DNA of 40,236 nucleotides, from assembly GCA_051453625.1 (NCBI GenBank), contig JBOZIK010000001.1, positions 14,463,910 through 14,504,145 on the forward strand, given 5' to 3'. Numbering within the stretch: position 1 is the stretch's first letter; each line of letters opens with the position of its first letter. This document shows positions 33,887-40,236 of the stretch, one piece after another. The translations under genes were made by a program, and so were the position numbers. The notes below the pieces were generated by a model. The model had not been told where the DNA came from. It was given only the letters and a program-made list of their open reading frames with translations, and ran no database searches. Source of the DNA: Welwitschia mirabilis (lineage: Eukaryota).

Positions 33887-35334
33887 AGATCCTCCCCTTT
33901 TCCTCCTCCATGCTGAGTGCTCACATGAATCGAGAGGGCACCAAGGAGACTCAAACCCGAAACNNNNNNNNNNNNNNNNNTTTGATACCAATTGTTATGA
34001 AAAACCAATGTAGCAGACAAAAACAGCACGCAAAAAAGCAACACACAAGATTCAACATGGAAAACCCTAATGCAAGGAAAAACCACATGACACACATAGA
34101 GCTCTCAATCTTTTTCAAGTAAAAAACTAGACAAAAGAAATCCCTAAGTAACCTTTAAATAGGTATAGGGTTTTGAGCCAAGTCAATCTAGAAAGTTTTA
34201 GAAAGTTCCTCTTCTAGGAAGTTCCTTCCTTCTCCTTCCCACTCCCCTCCCTTTTTTCTTTTTTCTTTTTTTTTTTTCAAATACCCTAAGGAGTTAAAAC
34301 ATAAACTCCTTTTACAACATTACCAAAAGGGGCTTCAACATTAAAACGTTCNNNNNNNNNNNNNNNNNNNNNNNNNNNNNNNNNNNNNNNNNNNNNNNNN
34401 NNNNNNNNNNNNNNNNNNNNNNNNNNNNNNNNNNNNNNNNNNNNNNNNNNNNNNNNNNNNNNNNNNNNNNNNNNNNNNNNNNNNNNNNNNNNNNNNNNNN
34501 NNNNNNNNNNNNNNNNNNNNNNNNNNNNNNNNNNNNNNNNNNNNNNNNNNNNNNNNNNNNNNNNNNNNNNNNNNNNNNNNNNNNNNNNNNNNNNNNNNNN
34601 NNNNNNNNNNNNNNNNNNNNNNNNNNNNNNNNNNNNNNNNNNNNNNNNNNNNNNNNNNNNNNNNNNNNNNNNNNNNNNNNNNNNNNNNNNNNNNNNNNNN
34701 NNNNNNNNNNNNNNNNNNNNNNNNNNNNNNNNNNNNNNNNNNNNNNNNNNNNNNNNNNNNNNNNNNNNNNNNNNNNNNNNNNNNNNNNNNNNNNNNNNNN
34801 NNNNNNNNNNNNNNNNNNNNNNNNNNNNNNNNNNNNNNNNNNNNNNNNNNNNNNNNNNNNNNNNNNNNNNNNNNNNNNNNNNNNNNNNNNNNNNNNNNNN
34901 NNNNNNNNNNNNNNNNNNNNNNNNNNNNNNNNNNNNNNNNNNNNNNNNNNNNNNNNNNNNNNNNNNNNNNNNNNNNNNNNNNNNNNNNNNNNNNNNNNNN
35001 NNNNNNNNNNNNNNNNNNNNNNNNNNNNNNNNNNNNNNNNNNNNNNNNNNNNNNNNNNNNNNNNNNNNNNNNNNNNNNNNNNNNNNNNNNNNNNNNNNNN
35101 NNNNNNNNNNNNNNCTCCCCCCCTTCCTTTCTAGGGTGCCATAAGATCCTAACAAAAACAAACCCTCAAGCAACCTTTAAATAGGTTTAGGGTTTCAAGT
35201 TAAGATAATCTAGAAAGTCCCCTCCTTTTCCCTTCCTTTTTTCCCCTTTTTTTTTAAATACCCTAAGGAGTTAAAACATAAAGTCCTTTTACAACATTAC
35301 AAAAAGGGGCTTCAACGTTAAAACATATGTTACA
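33887..35334 (-). mobile_element. Minus-strand copia/TRIM-type LTR copies (two diverged copies either side of a gap) with PBS and short internal segment
   Basis: The minus strand reads TGTAACATATG... (35334) to ...CATAACA (33993), AT, TGGTATCAAA (33990-33981). 34140-34351 is repeated with differences at ~35160-35325. Confidence 0.65.
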
Positions 35335-35399
35335 ATAAAAAAAAACAAAAACAAAATTTGGCTTCACTTTTTTTTAACAGAAACTGGTATAAGAATGAG

Positions 35400-36475
35400 A
35401 CAATGTAGGGGAAAGAGATTGTGATTGAAGTATTTTTTAAGCTAGCATCCAATATGTCCTAGCAGTTTATGCCTAGCATCTACATCCTCTACATCTCTAC
35501 ATCTAAAATAGCAATGGCCACTCCAAATGTATTAGCCTCCTATGTGTGTAAATCGCCTTTTTTCCACCTAATATTGTCATAAGGCCTTTGGCAATCTTCG
35601 GATGTCCTCCATCATTACAAACATTTAGGCACAACCTATCCAACTGTTTGACCGAAATTAGTTTCTTTGACAATTATGAAACATGTCAAGTGATGTCGAC
35701 TATAACTTTAGGCATTCTAGATTATTGAAAAACAATACATATATGAGCAATCTTAAATGGTTTTGCATTTCTAGCAAACACCACTCCAATAAAGAGCATG
35801 ACGAGATGGGAAAGCAAAATGATTAGAGGAAATATGAAAAAAGGTACAAGTGTCTAACAGCCAAACATCCTTGCTATATCCTTCTAACAAGAAGGCACAT
35901 GGCACCGACACAAGAAAATTGATACCTTCCTTCATTTGATTCACTTGAAGAAATAATTCCTCTGCTTTCTCCTTTTTTGTTCTTTACTTTTGCTTAGCTT
36001 TCCATAAGTAGCAATCCCTGGCATTTTCTTCACAATGAAACCAACATTCTAGATTTATGCCACAAGATGCCCTTTACTTTTTCTTTTCTCCCTGCCTTGA
36101 TCACATATCTTATTCCCATCCCTATTTTTAACTTCAAAGGCCCTTTCTAAAGGATGCCCTTCCTTCAATGTGTTTTCAATACCTTGGAGGGTAGAGATTA
36201 CATATCAAAAAAATAATAATAATAAATTTAAAAAGGAGAGAGCCATGGACATAGTGACGTTCATCCTAATAGCTTTCCATGATTCTGGGAAAGAGTTGGT
36301 AACTATGTAACACTTAACAAACTCTAAACAAATAACCCTGTACTCTTCTAAATTTACAAAGTTCACAATATCACCTAAATGGTCATGTAAAGATGTCCAT
36401 TGTTTCTTCTTTGAACTGAAAATCTTTTGAAAAATGTGAAACTGGTGAAAGTTGAGGTTTATCAAAGTTGTTTTC

Positions 36476-36511
<36 letters not shown>

Positions 36512-36620
36512 AACAACAAGGTCAGTTTTTGTTCTAATGGATTGAGAAATATTGTTGCTGAGATAGGGATGAATAAAATGTAATATTGTGAAGCCAAATT
36601 TATTCCCTTTCGAATATTAT
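35400..36620 (-). pseudogene. gag-pol: Ty1/copia gag-protease remnant
   Basis: Minus strand: TSLHDHL..TNSFPESWKAI (gag); ECWFHCEENARDC (decayed zinc knuckle); DVWLLDTCTFFHISS (protease); KKLISVKQLD; HKLLGHI (pre-integrase). Confidence 0.8.
36479..36508. repeat. (TC)15 microsatellite
   Basis: Perfect dinucleotide run. Confidence 0.97.
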
Positions 36621-39334
36621 GTTTATTGTTATCCCCTTTGGTTATGCAAGAAAAAAATAAACGGAAAACAAGAAAGAAAAAGTAAAAGGTGATCTTTTTA
36701 ATCAAGTCACTTTGGGGTTGCCACTAGTCTTTTAAAGGCTATGTGGGGCTTAGTCAATACTTGAAATTAAAGAGAAAAGGTCTAAAGATTTCTACAAATT
36801 TTGCACTACATCTATTTAATCCCATTGTGACATTGTGGTGGGGGCATCAAGTTGTTTTGATAGCATTTGGCTTGACAAGCAATTTTAGTTAGAAAGGTTA
36901 AGGGCTAAAGCTTGAAGCCACTTTTGGCTTATTTGTGAGCTTGTTTTTCTAATTAGAGCTCTGCACTACTTTCTCGCAAATGTTTCCCTTAACATTTGAG
37001 GGTCTTTGCCATGTAAATCTCTCTCGATCTTTTCTATTTGTATTTTTCCTTTTGCTGTCATTTCTTAACATAAAAGACATTGCTTTCACCTTCTCTAATC
37101 TCACTCCTCATCCTTCATGCAAAAGGATTTTGCAGCACTTCAGTGCATTCCTTCTACCCCAACGCAGCCTTCACCAAAATGCTCCAAATGTCCCAGAATG
37201 CCCGACAAGCAATTCCATTGTTTGTGGATGTTCATGTTGACACGATTGAAAATTGTCAGAACCATCACCAAGAGGACTACTACATGTAAAATCAACAGTA
37301 TAGTTGCATGACCAAAGCCCACCGTAACTAGGCTTACACATTGGCAAGTCCTAGGCTGCTTTCCATCAAGCAAGGTTACCAAGTTCTGAGAGGACTACTA
37401 CATACAGACATCAAAAATGGTTGTACAAATATGAAAAATGAGTGGACAGACATTGAAAGTTGATTGCAAGGGTTCACCAACCATTGAAACCCTAGCCACC
37501 ATGAAGCTATGATGCTAGTTTTTAACAATTTAAAGTTGGAAAAGAAATATAGCAATAGCAAAAGAATATAAGATTTGATGTGTTTGGTGCCCTTTCTACC
37601 CTCTGTCCATGGAAATAGTGCAAAGTTCTTTTACATCACAAGAATCAAGGGACACGAGTCACCCTTGATATCTTAGTAGGGCGTCATAATACATCAATCT
37701 CTACAATCTAAAAAATCTTCTTTAGATTTGATGCCTCCCCTGTGATCCTCATGCCCCGATAAATAGATTTCCCTTAACTTTTCATTTAAATAACATCAAG
37801 TCACANNNNNNNNNNNNNNNNNNNNNNNNNNNNNNNNNNNNNNNNNNNNNNNNNNNNNNNNNNNNNNNNNNNNNNNNNNNNNNNNNNNNNNNNNNNNNNN
37901 NNNNNNNNNNNNNNNNNNNNNNNNNNNNNNNNNNNNNNNNNNNNNNNNNNNNNNNNNNNNNNNNNNNNNNNNNNNNNNNNNNNNNNNNNNNNNNNNNNNN
38001 NNNNNNNNNNNNNNNNNNNNNNNNNNNNNNNNNNNNNNNNNNNNNNNNNNNNNNNNNNNNNNNNNNNNNNNNNNNNNNNNNNNNNNNNNNNNNNNNNNNN
38101 NNNNNNNNNNNNNNNNNNNNNNNNNNNNNNNNNNNNNNNNNNNNNNNNNNNNNNNNNNNNNNNNNNNNNNNNNNNNNNNNNNNNNNNNNNNNNNNNNNNN
38201 NNNNNNNNNNNNNNNNNNNNNNNNNNNNNNNNNNNNNNNNNNNNNNNNNNNNNNNNNNNNNNNNNNNNNNNNNNNNNNNNNNNNNNNNNNNNNNNNNNNN
38301 NNNNNNNNNNNNNNNNNNNNNNNNNNNNNNNNNNNNNNNNNNNNNNNNNNNNNNNNNNNNNNNNNNNNNNNNNNNNNNNNNNNNNNNNNNNNNAGATAAC
38401 TAAAACCTCCTCTTCCTCCTTTTTCCCATTTTCTTTTTCTTTTCTTTTTAACATTACAAAAGTGGACAACATCAAAACATAAGAGGGAAATAAATATACA
38501 AGGGATGATCCAACATAAATTTAATTTGTGATTCACCAACATGTCAATGCATGTCAAGAATAGTGCGTAAAATTAAATTGAAATTAAATGATATCTATCT
38601 CAAACATGCTGGAGAGAATTGATTGTTTTCCAGATTCTCTATCTCCAACACCAAATAAGGAATTTTAGTGTTCTTTTAAGCTCAAGTCAAGGTTTTATTC
38701 TAAAAATTGGAATCATGGAAAATCCAAGATATATCTTTTAGAACCAAGAGCCCTCTTAAATTCTATCCTGAAAAATAAAGTGATCAAATTGATGCTTTTG
38801 AACATCATGCTTGTACAATGCTTTTCAATAGCTTGATGCCAATGTTATTATTTACTACAAGGTCAGTGAGAATTCACTAAACATGGTCCTAGAATTGAAA
38901 CACCAATAGAAAGGAAAGACATCTCATAAGTAGAATATATTTCTCATCAAATATGATCCTAGATGACCTAGATTTATTCAAGTTGCACATGCTCCTAGTA
39001 GGATTGGCTAATCCTCACCTTTGAAGCATGTAGGGAAACTTTATAGAGCCTTCTATTCATTTTGTGATCTTGCAAATTACTCATCAAAATTTTAACAATA
39101 AACACTTTTTGCATTTCTTAAAAGATTGATGATCAATTTAGGAGCTATGCATAACCTTAAAATGCAAACTCCATTGCCTCCACCCCCCAACGACCACTTC
39201 ACACAGCAATAATTAACACATAGTATTACCATGAGTATTTAAGCAACATATTTCACAATAATTAACATTTTAATTTCACTTTATAATTTTGGCACATAGT
39301 TGTTGTGTACGAACGTTGTCCTTACATAGTATAA

Positions 39335-40000
39335 AATTCAAATTGAAACTAAAATTTTATTATGTTTGGATAGACTTCACGAGTCTGTCCGACCATTAGA
39401 GCAATACAAAGTATATTAGTATCAGTATTTCCAAAGTACATTACATATGCTCAATACTCATGTAGGCTAAAAAGATCCTCAAAATAATGTCTCATTATTA
39501 CTGGTGATAATATAAATAACTCATAGAGTTTTGTTCATGATATGCCATTTACATATGAAAGATATAGTACTACAACATTCTAATGAAATATGATGCTCAT
39601 CCTCTTCTATTTGGAATAGGCAAAGCTGACATACTCGATCTTCTGGTTGAACATTATCCCATCTTTCATTTTCAACTCTGAGACGATAAGATCCTATCCT
39701 TATTTTGCTGATTAGGTTTCTTATTCGTAATGGTATTGCTATAGAGAGGAACTTCACTTTCTCCTCAAGCTTGCTTTCTCGAATGTTTTCATAATAGCAC
39801 TGAAGTTTCTTTTTCTTTTCAGCTATCTTCCATTATTGCTCAATAACTTTTGTTTTCATCATCTTGTGATTTTTTTAGGCTTTCCAGTTATATCGTGATC
39901 TTGAATGCCCCATTCTTGTAGCCACAACTTTCCTTTAGCATATCATCCCTTGTCTTGAGTGATTCCCAATACCTCACTTGCAAACTTAATTTTGTTACTA
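39335..40000 (-). mobile_element. 3' end of a non-LTR retrotransposon (LINE) with a C-terminal CCHC finger
   Basis: RNLISKIRIGSYRLRVENERW..EDRVCQLC..EEDEHHISLEC. Downstream AATAAA followed by TTTCAATTTGAATTT near 39363-39335. The 5' boundary is approximate. Confidence 0.75.
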
Positions 40001-40236
40001 AGTCTAATCCTTTGGCAAAAGATTAGAAATTGACATATTGCCTTATGTTGAGTGTGCCTTGAATTTAGTAAACTGTGGCAGCAGCATTTAGGACTATTGT
40101 TCTTTTCTCAGGTGTCTTTTCTTTCTTGGAAAGAGTGGTTGTTAGGTAGAGTTAATTGTAAAAGTTGCTGGATTTAAATGAAAACAATATGCCAATGAAA
40201 ACAACAGGCCATGAGTTATAACCTACCCAATAATTC

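Noticed and set aside
37140..37561. Minus-strand YTVDFTCSS...SCQH as a MULE SWIM finger, and a 14-bp repeat GAGGACTACTACAT
   Set aside because: Cysteine spacing is incomplete and there are no other transposase motifs or TIRs; not supportable without a profile search.
1..40236. A novel prokaryotic-type system (operon, defence island, RNA genes)
   Set aside because: No gene-dense coding, rRNA or tRNA was seen. The recognisable content is decayed plant transposons plus candidate spliced exons.

Overview
Eukaryotic land-plant genomic DNA, AT-rich and CpG-depleted, from a gapped scaffold (N runs at 2997-3096, 22457-22698, 22998-23314, 33964-33980, 34352-35114, 37806-38393). There is no intact long ORF and no prokaryotic system. 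The window is mostly decayed, nested transposons. (1) 313-11072: a Ty3/gypsy-type element with ~2.3-kb LTRs and only gag plus protease inside; its 5' LTR is split by a 3.3-kb TG..CA insertion. (2) ~12.2-17.8 kb: candidate minus-strand exons of an unidentified, probably pseudogenised spliced gene, including a 12-nt micro-exon, interleaved with a Copia gag remnant. (3) 18824-33851: a TRIM-like mini-unit in tandem with a Tnt1/Tork-like Copia. That Copia is split by an 11-kb Sirevirus-like Copia with an env-like extra ORF, whose gag is split by a hAT-type non-autonomous element. (4) Minus-strand LTR copies, another Copia gag-protease remnant and the 3' end of a LINE with a CCHC finger. All calls come from reading and manual translation; identities are by-eye estimates and no database search was run.
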